Shown here: positions 20,707 through 31,399 of the stretch, one piece after another
Numbering within the stretch: the first letter of the stretch is position 1
How the letters are laid out: each line of letters opens with the position of its first letter
NCBI GenBank assembly: GCA_942493285.1
Contig: OW818691.1
Coordinates: forward strand, 1,234,321 to 1,298,320
Source of the DNA: an uncultured Myxococcia bacterium
GTDB taxonomy: Bacteria > Myxococcota_A > UBA9042 > PHBI01
Reading direction: 5' to 3'
Length of the DNA: 64,000 bases
Program-made: the position numbers and the translations under genes
Notes under the pieces: model-generated
Seen by the model: only the letters and a program-made list of their open reading frames with translations
Database searches by the model: none
Told to the model about the DNA's origin: nothing

Positions 20707-22611
20707 ATGAGCGAACCGCAACTCTCGAGAAAGCAGCAGCGCGAGGTCCTGGCCCGTCTTCGACAAGCGATCATTACCGACGAGCTGGTGACACTCTCCG
20801 CCTCAGTTAGCACACAGGTGCTTTGCCTCGACCTTGAGGAAGAGTCGATTCGCGGCCTATCCGTATCGAGACGGCTGTGGCTAAGGCAGGCTTGTCCCGA
20901 ATCCCATGCTCAAGACGTCATGCCGACAACGGCCTTCATCGCGCTTGGTTGGAGATTCGGACTCTTGTTGGTGAGCGGGCTCATACAGTCCGTTAGGCAG
21001 GATGGCTCAATCGAGTTCACCTTCTCGGTTGCCGATGCAACAACGAATGAGCGGCGGAATTCGCCTAGGGAGAGGGTTGAACTGGGGTATCCGTTGACAG
21101 CGGTGCTCGAAACTTCAGGCGGCGAGCACATGCCGTGTGAGATTGTAATAGATAGCGCCTCTGCAACCCATTCGGCTCTGCTCGTCACCAAAGCCGACTT
21201 GACCCGGCAGGGATTGGCTGATGACGTGCGTTCTGTCCACGTCTTGGATGAACGTCGAATCGCCGCAACCATGCGCAGGCACAGAGTCATCGCTAATCGG
21301 CTCAGAGACAACAAACCGCTCTTGATTTGTCTCTCCGAGGGCGTCCCCGCACCGCAAAGCCTGAGTCAGGTTCGGCTCCGCCCGGGTGCAACGATTACTT
21401 TGTCTTCCTTGGCCTATGCGCACCAAAGCACCGTGTTCCAAATCGACACCGTCACCACGTCCGGCCTGCTCGTCGCAAACGATCCTTCGTTGCGATTGCT
21501 CCGCGAGCAGGAGGTGCTGTTCTTTCAGCCTTCGACTGGTCTTCGCTTTAAGGTCTCTCGAAACGAGACAGGACTCACCATTGATCTTTTGGAGCGTAGC
21601 CTCGGCGATCGTGTCCAGTGGTACAATCTCCTCCTAGACATCCAAGGCACTCAAAAGTCGGGTCTCTGCGCCCTTCAGATCCGGTCCATACCCGCATTAA
21701 TGGTTGAGGCCGGCTCGGTCGATCTCGTCGGCCTTAGGCGACGGACCCGTCGCGCACGCTACTACGAGGCCCGATCAGACCTAGAGTCAACTGCGCCTCG
21801 CACCAAGACGCGACTCTTTCGTGTCGATTCGTCCGATTCGGTGGTCGGTCACGCTTCCATGATGCGTGCATCGCAGAACCTCTGGGCAGCGATCGATAAT
21901 ATTGGTTCGTCGCGATTCGATGGACGGTGGAACCGAGATGCCGTCGCCCCGTGGCTGCGTCTGATGTCAGAGGTCTTTGCCGGAAGAGCCGCGTCCTTCC
22001 TGTGGACATTTCGACCCGATCATGGCATTTGGACCGCCTTCGATCTCGAGGTCTCGAAAGAGAGCCGCTACCTTATCTGTCGACATGAGGTTCGCGTCTT
22101 GCTCGTCGCCGATCCGCCACCCATCCTGTTGTCGAGTGTGTCGTTCCGGGAGATGACAGTCCGTATGTTTCACGACGAGATTGTTGGGTTTCCAGACTCC
22201 GACCATCGACTGCTCCATCTCATGTCAGGGACACAGCCTACCAGCGACTTCGATTCGGACATGCTGCATGACTATGGCTCGCCACCGAATCGCGTCTTCG
22301 GGGCCGCGACATTGCCCAGCGGCGCGCGTGTTGTTCTGACGACTGCCAACTGCGGTGAATGGGCTACCATCAATGGCCTGCATAATTGCGTCTATATTGT
22401 TCGCGACCCGCGCGGTCCTCCAGCGGAGCCCAACGACGAGTCAATGCTGCTCTCCCTCGCTTGGCGCGCTGCGTTCGCCACCGGCGCGCATCCTCGAAGT
22501 CTAATGGCAGTCAATTTCGAAGACACCTTACCTGCCTGGCCCGTCTGGGTGAATCTGGTGATTTCCTCTGATGCGCTGAGCGTCGCGGCGGATTACGCAG
22601 AACGCACGTGA
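20707..22611 (+). CDS. Hypothetical protein (634 aa)
   Basis: Long ORF immediately downstream of the fabH-like gene; no recognised motif. Confidence 0.45.
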   Translation: MSEPQLSRKQQREVLARLRQAIITDELVTLSASVSTQVLCLDLEEESIRGLSVSRRLWLRQACPESHAQDVMPTTAFIALGWRFGLLLVSGLIQSVRQDGSIEFTFSVADATTNERRNSPRERVELGYPLTAVLETSGGEHMPCEIVIDSASATHSALLVTKADLTRQGLADDVRSVHVLDERRIAATMRRHRVIANRLRDNKPLLICLSEGVPAPQSLSQVRLRPGATITLSSLAYAHQSTVFQIDTVTTSGLLVANDPSLRLLREQEVLFFQPSTGLRFKVSRNETGLTIDLLERSLGDRVQWYNLLLDIQGTQKSGLCALQIRSIPALMVEAGSVDLVGLRRRTRRARYYEARSDLESTAPRTKTRLFRVDSSDSVVGHASMMRASQNLWAAIDNIGSSRFDGRWNRDAVAPWLRLMSEVFAGRAASFLWTFRPDHGIWTAFDLEVSKESRYLICRHEVRVLLVADPPPILLSSVSFREMTVRMFHDEIVGFPDSDHRLLHLMSGTQPTSDFDSDMLHDYGSPPNRVFGAATLPSGARVVLTTANCGEWATINGLHNCVYIVRDPRGPPAEPNDESMLLSLAWRAAFATGAHPRSLMAVNFEDTLPAWPVWVNLVISSDALSVAADYAERT

Positions 22612-23474
22612 CACCGTCTAGTAGCGGGATGTGCGGATTCTTGTCGTCCATTTACCCTCTCATTCCGTTACGGGTGTCACAAATGGAGAATGCCTGGATG
22701 TTCAGCCAGACTCAACTCGCTTCTGTCGTTGTTGCGATGTGCGCGACCGCAGCCTTAGCTTCTCCAGCCTGGTCTCATGGACCAAGCCACCACCCCGAGA
22801 TCCAGTGCAAGGACCTGAGTTCCTACTCGAACTTGTATTCTCAGGCCGACTCGACATATCGGGTCGTGGGGGAGTGTCCACCGAGGCTGAATCTATCCAG
22901 TCGGCGATTCGGCGCTTTGCTATTTGCTGTCGAAGTTAAGGAGTTTTTCGCCGAGCAACTCGTGCTGTCCGGTGACCTAAAGTTCGAGTTCCCGCCGTCC
23001 TCTTTGGACTTGCTGGATAGCAAGATCGGAGGGGACTTGGTTCTTGGTCGCATTGACCGTACCCCGGGGGAGCCCATACATGAACAGGACACCTCGGATG
23101 ACTACGGTGAAGTCGAAGGCGGGGATGGCTTCCCCAATGAGTGCACAGAAGCTCCGTGGAAGCTCCCCGCCGACCGGGGGACGGTCGACCGTCTCGTCTT
23201 GATTCGAACGACGGTCCGAGATGTCCACGCCACCCAGTTGGCAATAAGCCACTTCGATGTCAGTGGCATTACAGCGGTTCTCGCTCATATTGAGCCCTCC
23301 CTCAATCGATACCCGGCGTGTCGAATCCAGCCGACGGCATCCTTGGTCGTGATGTTGTCGAGTCCCAGCCGCACGGCTTCGACGAGGGCGACCGAAAGGC
23401 GCGCACGGGTTCTACGCAGGAAGGCCTTGAGTTTGGACCAAGCCTCTTCGATTGGGTTGAGGGTGGGCGTGTAG
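22608..23474 (+). CDS. Hypothetical, probably secreted, protein
   Basis: Overlapping start with upstream ORF; hydrophobic signal-like segment ASVVVAMCATAALASPAWS; 3' end abuts the IS630 insertion. Confidence 0.35.
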   Translation: MTPSSSGMCGFLSSIYPLIPLRVSQMENAWMFSQTQLASVVVAMCATAALASPAWSHGPSHHPEIQCKDLSSYSNLYSQADSTYRVVGECPPRLNLSSRRFGALLFAVEVKEFFAEQLVLSGDLKFEFPPSSLDLLDSKIGGDLVLGRIDRTPGEPIHEQDTSDDYGEVEGGDGFPNECTEAPWKLPADRGTVDRLVLIRTTVRDVHATQLAISHFDVSGITAVLAHIEPSLNRYPACRIQPTASLVVMLSSPSRTASTRATERRARVLRRKALSLDQASSIGLRVGV

Positions 23475-23785
23475 GGGGGCACGTACAGGAGCTTCACGCC
23501 GTACTTGATTGCCAAAGCCTTAACCTCCTCGGAGTGATGGATGTTGAGGTTGTCCATGACGAGCGTATGACCCTTGTTCTCGAGTTTGGGGAAAAGCTCT
23601 TCATCAAGGTAGCGCAGGAACTCGAGTTTCCGCATGCTGCCGTCGAGCATATGGGCTGCGATGATGCCGTCCTTGGTGAGTGCCCCAATGACCGTGTAGT
23701 TGGTTCCGCGGGCCTTGGGCTGATAGTCGACGACACGTTGCCCCTGAGGGCTTCGGGCATGACTCCGCATCATTCGGAGGTTCAC
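23285..23785 (-). CDS. IS630-family transposase, DDE catalytic part (orfB)
   Basis: DNLNIHHS...PPYTPTLNPIEEAWSKLK Tc1/mariner-IS630 DDE signature. Confidence 0.65.
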   Translation of the reverse strand: MNLRMMRSHARSPQGQRVVDYQPKARGTNYTVIGALTKDGIIAAHMLDGSMRKLEFLRYLDEELFPKLENKGHTLVMDNLNIHHSEEVKALAIKYGVKLLYVPPYTPTLNPIEEAWSKLKAFLRRTRARLSVALVEAVRLGLDNITTKDAVGWIRHAGYRLREGSI

Positions 23786-23892
23786 CCCCGTCTGGTCGAG
23801 AAAGACGAAGCTATCAGCGGGGACCTCTGGTTGCCTTTTCTGGAAAGCAGCTCGTGCGGCGATAACGCGTTCGCTCTGAGCCTCGGTAGCTT

Positions 23893-24252
23893 CTAACGTC
23901 TTTTTTTTCGCGTGAGTTTGGCCCGCTGCAGCGCCCGGTGCATGGCGGAGCTGCTCACCTCCGTTCCGAACTTTGTATTGTAGGCGAGTCGGTACTCTTC
24001 GATGGTCGCGTCGGGCATCTCTTGCACCAGGTCTGCAAGATTCGCCCGCTCAGCCTCCCCGAACCAGCTGCGTCGAGCACCACCCATGGCAAGTGGCGCG
24101 ATGCTACCTGTCGTCCTCTTCCGCTTCTGCCAGCGTTTGATGGTCGCCGTCCCGACCATGAAGCGAGCCGCGGTCTCATCTATCGACAGCCCTTCATCTT
24201 CCTTGGCCGCCATTGCCCGTTCTCGAAGCTCGTTGGGTAGTGCTTTCGGCAC
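23893..24252 (-). CDS. IS630-family transposase, N-terminal HTH part (orfA)
   Basis: HTH-rich 119-aa ORF ending at poly-A/T run (ttttttttcg at 23895-23905), likely -1 frameshift into orfB. Confidence 0.55.
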   Translation of the reverse strand: MPKALPNELRERAMAAKEDEGLSIDETAARFMVGTATIKRWQKRKRTTGSIAPLAMGGARRSWFGEAERANLADLVQEMPDATIEEYRLAYNTKFGTEVSSSAMHRALQRAKLTRKKRR

Positions 24253-24311
24253 GATGACCTCCTACAAGCGTCTGATCACGAGCAGGTCGACCAGGCAAGA
24301 ATTAGATCAAC

Positions 24312-25496
24312 TTGGCTGGGGGCCGCTGTAGTGCGAATCGCATCAAACTGGATTTCAGTCTCTTCGAGAGCGAAGCGAGAGTCCGACGAGCGGCCCTTCG
24401 ACACTTTTCTGCGGTAGGCGCATCGTTTTGTGCGGGACTTGATTTGCTAGCCGCTATCGTTGGATATGTCGACCTGACCTACGCCGATCTCAATGGCCGA
24501 ATGGACGCCTACGGTTTGCAGTCGGAGGAAGGGATTTCGTTCACTGGTGCCGTTACGACCCGCGCCAACTTCAATCCTGATCGGAAATGTGCCGCTACGT
24601 CGGCCCCGCCTCCGCCTTTTCATGTGAATCTGCCGAGTGCTCGGCTTCGTGCCCTAGACGCCCGTGGGATGGAGGGCTCAATCAATTTCTCTATCGATTA
24701 TGCCGATATTCGCATGCTCAACCTCGACTACACGACCCATTGCAAATACGATGGAAAGCCAGCTGGACCTAAGTCCTTGAAGTTGACAGAGACGCCGTGG
24801 TCAGTGACTGTGAGTGCAGCTGGTACCGAGATCGGCAAGCTAGATACTCCACTTTCACGCGGGCGGGCGAGGTGTTTCGTATTGGCGGCGATCAATGGTG
24901 GGGCTCATGATTTCAGAGATAGTGTCTGCAACGAGAGTGACGGCCTTGTTGATGAAGACGCCGTGGAAATCTTTGCTTCCGCATACGAGCGGGCAGGTAA
25001 CGGGGCAGATGCCAGACGAGTTCGCGCCGAGGCTCCGTTCCCCGCCTGCCTTAGCAGTCTGCCAGGTTGGCAGTACGCGCTTGTGCCCATCTTTGCTTGT
25101 CTCTTGGCCGCCTTCGGCCTACTGAAGACTGTGCGGACTGCTCACGCGAAACGCCCTCCGACGTCCCATGGTATCCAACTCGATACAGTCCGACGAGAAC
25201 CTGCATCGCCAGGCGCCGAGCGACCGGTGGCCCCCGAAAAGGCGCTAGATTGCGAGCGACTAAGTGGATGCGGAACGAGTGCTGAGTCAGAAGAGCCGTG
25301 GAAAAGCATACGGGAATTTGCGCTATCATTCCTGCTAGCAGTGGATCTACTGCTACCTGACTTTGTAGACCTCCAAGTTCGAAAGAAGTATGAGAACGAC
25401 CTGGGCAACATGGAGGGCGTTCCCCTCGCCGGATTGTTTATTTACCGAATTGCAGGCTGGGCATACGCGACTTGGCTCGTTTCGCTCCTCCTTTGA
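24312..25496 (+). CDS. Hypothetical protein with C-terminal transmembrane segments
   Basis: 394-aa ORF; hydrophobic stretches (ALVPIFACLLAAFGLL, WAYATWLVSLLL). Confidence 0.35.
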   Translation: MAGGRCSANRIKLDFSLFESEARVRRAALRHFSAVGASFCAGLDLLAAIVGYVDLTYADLNGRMDAYGLQSEEGISFTGAVTTRANFNPDRKCAATSAPPPPFHVNLPSARLRALDARGMEGSINFSIDYADIRMLNLDYTTHCKYDGKPAGPKSLKLTETPWSVTVSAAGTEIGKLDTPLSRGRARCFVLAAINGGAHDFRDSVCNESDGLVDEDAVEIFASAYERAGNGADARRVRAEAPFPACLSSLPGWQYALVPIFACLLAAFGLLKTVRTAHAKRPPTSHGIQLDTVRREPASPGAERPVAPEKALDCERLSGCGTSAESEEPWKSIREFALSFLLAVDLLLPDFVDLQVRKKYENDLGNMEGVPLAGLFIYRIAGWAYATWLVSLLL

Positions 25497-25648
25497 CGCG
25501 CGACTCTGTTCCGCTTCGACTGTCTCGGACTTGCTACATCCCGGCGCGACCCGCGCCCCCAGGGCTCCCCCGTCCGGGGTGTCACGGAAACAACGGGCTT
25601 CGAACCCGCTCGCCCAAGCCCACGATTCTCGTGCTCGCGAGGCCAGCC

Positions 25649-25740
25649 AACAAGCGCATCGAACTGACGCGGCCTAATCGCGATGGGGCCTATCAGCCCC
25701 ATCGCGATTGATCGGCCGCGCAGCTCATGCGCAGGACGTT
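25649..25740 (+). repeat. attC-like palindrome, copy 9
   Basis: Full-consensus copy. Confidence 0.9.
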
Positions 25741-26127
25741 GGCTGGCCCGTACCCTCACAGCTGGGACCCACTCAGTAGGTTCTCACTCCGCAGCCTCGC
25801 TCGCCGTTGAGCCTTCCGTTGGCTGGCCCCAAACACCAAAGCTCGACCTCGTTCATCGCCCTCATCCCCACTCGCCACTTGCAGTTGGCAGGCCCGAGCC
25901 CTCACCCATCCTTCTGCCCAGGCCCGAGTGCCCCGCGCGCCACACTAAATCCGCGTCTTTCATCCCTTCCCTCATGAGCGTCCGTCCGAGCGAGCTCACT
26001 GGCTAACGCGTCTCCACTCCTCGCCCGCAAGGGAGACTTCGCCCCAGGCAAGACGATCTCATTCAAGACGGATAGCTCTCGACAGCCTTACCGCGATGCT
26101 GGATCCTCCCTCCATGGAGGTTGCAAG

Positions 26128-27984
26128 GTGACCGAGAGACTTGACTGGGCAATGTCAGAGAGGCAGGCAGAAGGCTATGATGATTCGACCGGAAGGCAAC
26201 TCCAAGTGCTTTCTGGCCTAGGAAGCGTCAACATCTTTGTGGGCGCCAATAGTGTTGGCAAGAGCCGTATGCTCAGGCGGCTTTTCGCGGCAGGAATTAA
26301 GGGTCTGAGTCGCAAGGTATTGGGCCTTCAGTCTTTAAATGTCGCTATCGCAGAATGCCAGGCTGACCTGAAACGCCACTTCCGACAGAATAATCCTGTG
26401 ATCGCTGTCGGCGACGTGGATGCCACAACGCTAGACGGGATACAGGCTCCTAGCTCGCTGCGAGCCGACTCGGACAGTCTCTCGAGCATTCGCGCCGTAG
26501 CTTCGCGGCTCGCAGAACTTTCGAACCCCAGTCTCCGCTTTTCACCCAACGCATCGAGCAACATCACCGCACAAAAAATGATGGCGCCAATCAACGATAT
26601 AGGTCGGGCTCTTCAACAGAGTCTAAAGCCCTTTCCTCATTCTCTTCCGGGGATCGGCGAGCTGAAGTCGACCTATATTCCTGTCCTCCGGAGCCTCCGC
26701 TCGATCTCTGGTGGACTGCCGCTGCGGGACAGGACCATTAGGGACTATTTTCCCGATATGGCTGGTGCCGCTGATGTCATCTACACTGGCGAGTCACTCT
26801 TCGCGGAGCTTCGTTCGATGCTCCTCGGTTCGCACTCTGAACGAACTCGTATTCGTCAATTCGAGAAGTTCCTGTCTCGCGCACTATTCGGCGGCGACGA
26901 GGTGGAACTCATACCGCGCGAAAGCGGGGACGTGACCTGGGTCAAGTTGGGGAAGCGCCCGGAGCGAGAAATCTATAACCTGGGAGATGGCATTCAGCAC
27001 GCCATCATCCTGATGTTTCCGTTCTTCGCTAGACCCAGCACCCTCTTTTTCGTGGAAGAGCCCGAGCTTCATCTACATCCTGGCATGCAGCGGCGAATCT
27101 TGGAGGCTTTCTACGACTCTCGTCGGGCGCCTGGGTACGATCAAAATCGCCTCTTCTTGACGACTCATTCGAACCACCTCTTGGACATGAGTCTCGACTA
27201 CCAAGACATGGCGGTGTACCGCTTCACTGAGGGCGGCCAAGAGATGGGTGACGGGCAAACTCATCATCGCGTAGAGCGGGTGAGCAATGCTGACCATGGT
27301 ACCTTAGAGGTGCTCGGGGTTCGGAAGTCTTCGGTTCTCCTGGTCAATGCGACGCTTTGGGTGGAAGGCATCTCCGAGCGTTGGTTCTTTCGCCGTCTAA
27401 TCGACTTGGTGCAGTCATCGGAGCCTCGCCATCGCAGACTTTCCGAGGACGTGCACTTCAGTTTCGTGGAATATGCGGGCGCCAATATCATCCACTACGC
27501 ATTCGTTCAGGGTAAGGAGACTCACCCGATCGAAGTAAGTAGACTCTGCGGTCGAGCGCTGGTGATTGCGGATTGGGATGAGGGGGCAAAGGACGAACGT
27601 TTGTCCAGAATCGAGGCCGTGCATGGCACGGATTCGACGATCGTCATCCGAGAAGTTCGAGAGGTCGAGAATCTACTCAGTCCTGAGATTCTTCGTCGGG
27701 TAATCTCCGGCTATGAAGGAGTAGACGTCAACAAGATACCAGAGTTTGGATTCGAGGCCTACCAGCATGAATACCTCGGGTCCTTTATCGAGAACCTTCT
27801 GGTGGGCGTGAAGCGTCGAACCGGAAGCTATGCAGCCAAGTCGGGTACGATTGCCGGCAAGGTGGATTTCTGGAGGCGTGCGCTCGAGCATCTTGATGAA
27901 GAGACATTCGATTCTCTCCCTCAGGTGACCAAGGATCTGGCGGTGAAGATCGTCGCGTTCATCGCTCGCCACAACGCCACCTGA
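26128..27984 (+). CDS. AAA_21/OLD-family-like ABC-type ATPase (putative defence protein)
   Basis: Walker A VGANSVGKS; distal LFLTTHSNHLLD (D-loop/H-loop-like) typical of AAA_21/OLD N-terminal ATPases; 618 aa, sole gene of its cassette. Confidence 0.55.
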   Translation: MTERLDWAMSERQAEGYDDSTGRQLQVLSGLGSVNIFVGANSVGKSRMLRRLFAAGIKGLSRKVLGLQSLNVAIAECQADLKRHFRQNNPVIAVGDVDATTLDGIQAPSSLRADSDSLSSIRAVASRLAELSNPSLRFSPNASSNITAQKMMAPINDIGRALQQSLKPFPHSLPGIGELKSTYIPVLRSLRSISGGLPLRDRTIRDYFPDMAGAADVIYTGESLFAELRSMLLGSHSERTRIRQFEKFLSRALFGGDEVELIPRESGDVTWVKLGKRPEREIYNLGDGIQHAIILMFPFFARPSTLFFVEEPELHLHPGMQRRILEAFYDSRRAPGYDQNRLFLTTHSNHLLDMSLDYQDMAVYRFTEGGQEMGDGQTHHRVERVSNADHGTLEVLGVRKSSVLLVNATLWVEGISERWFFRRLIDLVQSSEPRHRRLSEDVHFSFVEYAGANIIHYAFVQGKETHPIEVSRLCGRALVIADWDEGAKDERLSRIEAVHGTDSTIVIREVREVENLLSPEILRRVISGYEGVDVNKIPEFGFEAYQHEYLGSFIENLLVGVKRRTGSYAAKSGTIAGKVDFWRRALEHLDEETFDSLPQVTKDLAVKIVAFIARHNAT

Positions 27985-28246
27985 CACGACCTATCGGCAT
28001 GCGACTGGCTCCATCAGATTAGTTCTAAGGAAATGTTGCCGGTCGAGCCTAATGCGGGTGCCGCAAACGCAACCTCCGCTTCCGGCCGAGCGTCGCGATT
28101 TCCGTCAATCGTCTCACAATAATCGCATCATATCGCTGCCGTCAGATGTTCGCCAAGGGCCGCTGTCGCTGCCGTCTTGCTCAGCCGCGGCCGTCGACTA
28201 CCTGAGAACGCTAGCTTCCACGCTCGTGCGCAACGCGAGGCCAGCC

Positions 28247-28338
28247 AACAAGCGTATCGACCTGACACGGCCTAATCGCGATGGGGCCTATCAGCCCCAT
28301 CGCGATTGATCGGCCGCGCAGGTCATACGCAGGACGTT
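28247..28338 (+). repeat. attC-like palindrome, copy 10 (gcgtatcgacctgacacgg / caggtcatacg variant, same subtype as copy 1)
   Basis: Left and right arm changes are mutually compensatory. Confidence 0.9.
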
Positions 28339-28545
28339 GTCCCGCGAAGCCTCTCCACTCTGGCTCGACTCTCCTCGCGCTCGGCTTCGACTGGACTCTC
28401 CTTCCTCCCCTTCCGGCCGGACTGTCTATACTTCGGCCCCGGCTGGACACTCCGTCCTTCCCTCCCGGCTGGATGTTCCGTCCTCCGTCCCGGCCACTAG
28501 TCATGCCACGCCGCCCCGATGGGCGCTTCGAGGTGTAGGCCTCCC

Positions 28546-30111
28546 TCAGGTCCTTGGAATCACTGAGAGGTAGACTGTGACGCCGAGGCCCCGTAGTGAA
28601 CGGATTGCCTCTGCAAAAGCAATCTTTGAAAACAGAGGAAGACGAGGGACCTGGATCGTTCCCTTCTTCTTGCCACCCATCAAAAGCACCACCGAGAAGT
28701 GCTTCGATTTGGCGGCTGACGTCGGCCACTGGGCAACGTAGCGGGCCTCAATGTCAGCGATATAGGAAGCGTCGTTCCTCATGAGCCGCGCAGACACGGT
28801 CGCCTGGGAGAACAGGTGATTCCAAACTGCAGAGGTCTTGCCTGCCTTGACATGAACGAACTCCCACTTGTCAGTCAGTACATCACAGGGCTCGATCTTG
28901 CTCGTCCCGCGATAGAAGAATTTTTGGTCTTGAAGCAGCGATGAGAGCGAGTTTGCGATATTGGCGTTGAACGCGTCTTCCTTCATTCCCATCGGCCAAG
29001 GGGGAAGTTTGCTTGCGCTCGGCCAAGGAGGTAGCGCCGCAATACGGGCATTGAGACCAGTTACGTAGTTTTGGCCTGGAAGCAACCAAATGCCACGAAG
29101 GAACAGGTAGCTCTTACCGCCGTGTTTCACCTCTGCCTCAAGAAACCGTGCGAGTCGAGCTCGCGTCACCTCGCCATTCACGTCTCTGAATGAGAGGTTT
29201 GCCTTCGAGAGGTTCTTGGACGTGAGCCCCTCAGCAGCAATCACGCCCTCAAGCCCCTTTTGAGTCGGCGAGCCGAGTATGAAGTCTTTGGTTGCAACGG
29301 TCAGTGTGAAATCCGTCCCTTCAAGTTCAGCCTCAAGTGGAAGCGCCAGGACTACAAGGCGAGCATTTGTCGTCCCAGTTTGGTGCGCCAGTTGCTTGTG
29401 GAGAGCGTCGTTCAGTTTGGCCCTCAGTTTCGGCTCCCGCACGCGCTGAACGTCGTCGAGAAATTTCAGGTCTGGAGGGAGCGGCCGCCGAAGCAACTTG
29501 AGGGTATGTCGTAGCACCTTCTTGAGGTCTGTAAAGTCGCCCTTCCACGAGCGTATCCGTAGGCAGTCGGTTCCGGCAAAGAAGCTGCCAACGACGGGCG
29601 ACGCTGTCGAAGGTCGACCTGCGAGCGCCGCAAACACGTCAATGCCAAGGTCGAGGCCAAACTCATCGGGCTTGCCGGACGAGGCCCGGAATGTCGAGAC
29701 CTCCAGCGGATTCATGTCTGGCCGAAGGGTCCGCATGTGCATGACCCGCTCCGGGTCAATCAGACGGGATGCGCAATCGAGACCGTACCTCGATTGAAAG
29801 ATGCCTGCGGTGATTGACGACCACCCGTGTCCGAAGGCGACAGCGAAGACCCGCTCCCTCGTCTTTGACTTTGCCGAAATGAGCACTAGGCCCGAGGCGC
29901 TCTGATTCTGTGGGGTGGCGCCGTCCAGCGCTATGCCCAGCGCGCCCAACCACTTCACCCAGGGCGGCGTCTTGAGTGAGTTCTGCTTCAAGAGGACCCG
30001 AACGGCCTTTCCCGGATTAGCTGCCGCAGCTATCTCGTAGTATCCATCCGGGATCGGCACGGCAGCAAGACTGGCAAACTTCCGTCTGAGCAAGAACACG
30101 GTCAAATTCAT
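28546..30111 (-). CDS. Hypothetical 521-aa protein (possibly TIGR04141-like sporadically distributed family)
   Basis: Long ORF, sole occupant of cassette; C-terminal CDVLTDKWEFVHVKAGK resembles that family; weak assignment. Confidence 0.45.
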   Translation of the reverse strand: MNLTVFLLRRKFASLAAVPIPDGYYEIAAAANPGKAVRVLLKQNSLKTPPWVKWLGALGIALDGATPQNQSASGLVLISAKSKTRERVFAVAFGHGWSSITAGIFQSRYGLDCASRLIDPERVMHMRTLRPDMNPLEVSTFRASSGKPDEFGLDLGIDVFAALAGRPSTASPVVGSFFAGTDCLRIRSWKGDFTDLKKVLRHTLKLLRRPLPPDLKFLDDVQRVREPKLRAKLNDALHKQLAHQTGTTNARLVVLALPLEAELEGTDFTLTVATKDFILGSPTQKGLEGVIAAEGLTSKNLSKANLSFRDVNGEVTRARLARFLEAEVKHGGKSYLFLRGIWLLPGQNYVTGLNARIAALPPWPSASKLPPWPMGMKEDAFNANIANSLSSLLQDQKFFYRGTSKIEPCDVLTDKWEFVHVKAGKTSAVWNHLFSQATVSARLMRNDASYIADIEARYVAQWPTSAAKSKHFSVVLLMGGKKKGTIQVPRLPLFSKIAFAEAIRSLRGLGVTVYLSVIPRT

Positions 30112-30628
30112 TTCCCGCCCCCTCGTTGAGACGTCGTTCTATCACACTCACGGCCCACGCGCCAGCGTCGCCCCGAGCCTACAGAGCCTCACCGAGATGA
30201 AAGCGAAGGAAGGCCGCTTTTCGGCACGACTTCTGCGATGCTTTCGTGTCACCGGCTCTTCAGAGTCTGCGCCCAATACAGTGTGGGAGAATGTCGCAAC
30301 TGCTCAGCCGAAAGCCGGTCACACCCCCGGACTCACTCCACGGGTCACACCCCCGGACTCACTCCAATCGCGTCACACGCGCCGAGTCACTCCAGTATCG
30401 GGCGGCGCCCAGCCCTATCAGCCACACGCGGGGCTCAGGCAGCTCCTTGCGGGGCTCAGGCAGCTCATTGCGCGTGCGGATAGCGGCTTGCGGAACTCCG
30501 GTGGTTCGTTGCGGGGCTCAGCTCGCCTGGTCATGATTGCGGTCGGCGAGCACCCGCCATTGCCACTCGACCAGTCGCTCCGTCTCTTCCTCGACGCGCA
30601 AATCCGCTCCAACGCGGCTTCGCGGGAC

Positions 30629-30720
30629 AACAAGCGCATCGAACTGACGCGGCCTAATCGCGATGGGGCCTATCAGCCCCATCGCGATTGATCGGCCGCG
30701 CAGCTCATGCGCAGGACGTT
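30629..30720 (+). repeat. attC-like palindrome, copy 11
   Basis: Full-consensus copy. Confidence 0.9.
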
Positions 30721-31399
30721 GGCTGGCCCCAAACGCCAAAGCTGGACGTAGTTCATCGACTGTCGCCCATTCACCGCTCCGCACAGACTCTGTTGGATTG
30801 CCCGCAACCGATCTCTTGCTCTGGGCAACCGAGCCTTCGTCTCCCGAAGCCAGCCCGACGCCCATCGCTCCATGTCTCCATGTCGCCATAGTCTCCCTCG
30901 GCCTCGCTTCGGCTGCCCCTCGACCTCAGCCGATTCAGAGGTCCTCTTCATGCCCTTGGCCCCCATCCACTGCATCGTGCCGCCCCGGTCGCTTCTGCAT
31001 CGTTCACTCACCATACTTGCCTAACGCATCGTGGCACCCCAAGGTCGGGGTCCGGTAGCGTTTGGGGAGAAAATGTTGACTACGTGTGGAGAGAAACCAG
31101 ACCCATCTTCTATAGGTGTGTGGAGGCCGACGTGTCGATGAGTAGCTCCGCACTCCCAAAAACTTCTCAGCTGGCGCTGGCGACTGCCGATTGGCCCACC
31201 ATCAATCGTCGCCTCTATGCTCACGCTTTGCAGGTTGCCGAAAACTTCAAGTGGGCTGGTCAACGATATCGTCATCTGGCGAAGGGCAAGACTCTTGAGG
31301 ATGTGGTCTACGGTGCCGTCGAGGCAGTCCTAGCAGGCTGCTGAAATATGGGGTCGATTGGACCTCCCCTCCGGCCCACTTACGTCCATTGTGGACGCT

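Larger units (their letters stand above)
23250..24300 (-). mobile_element. IS630-family insertion sequence (approximate bounds)
   Basis: Two-part transposase (HTH orfA plus DDE orfB) with A8 slippery run between them; ends not mapped. Confidence 0.5.
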
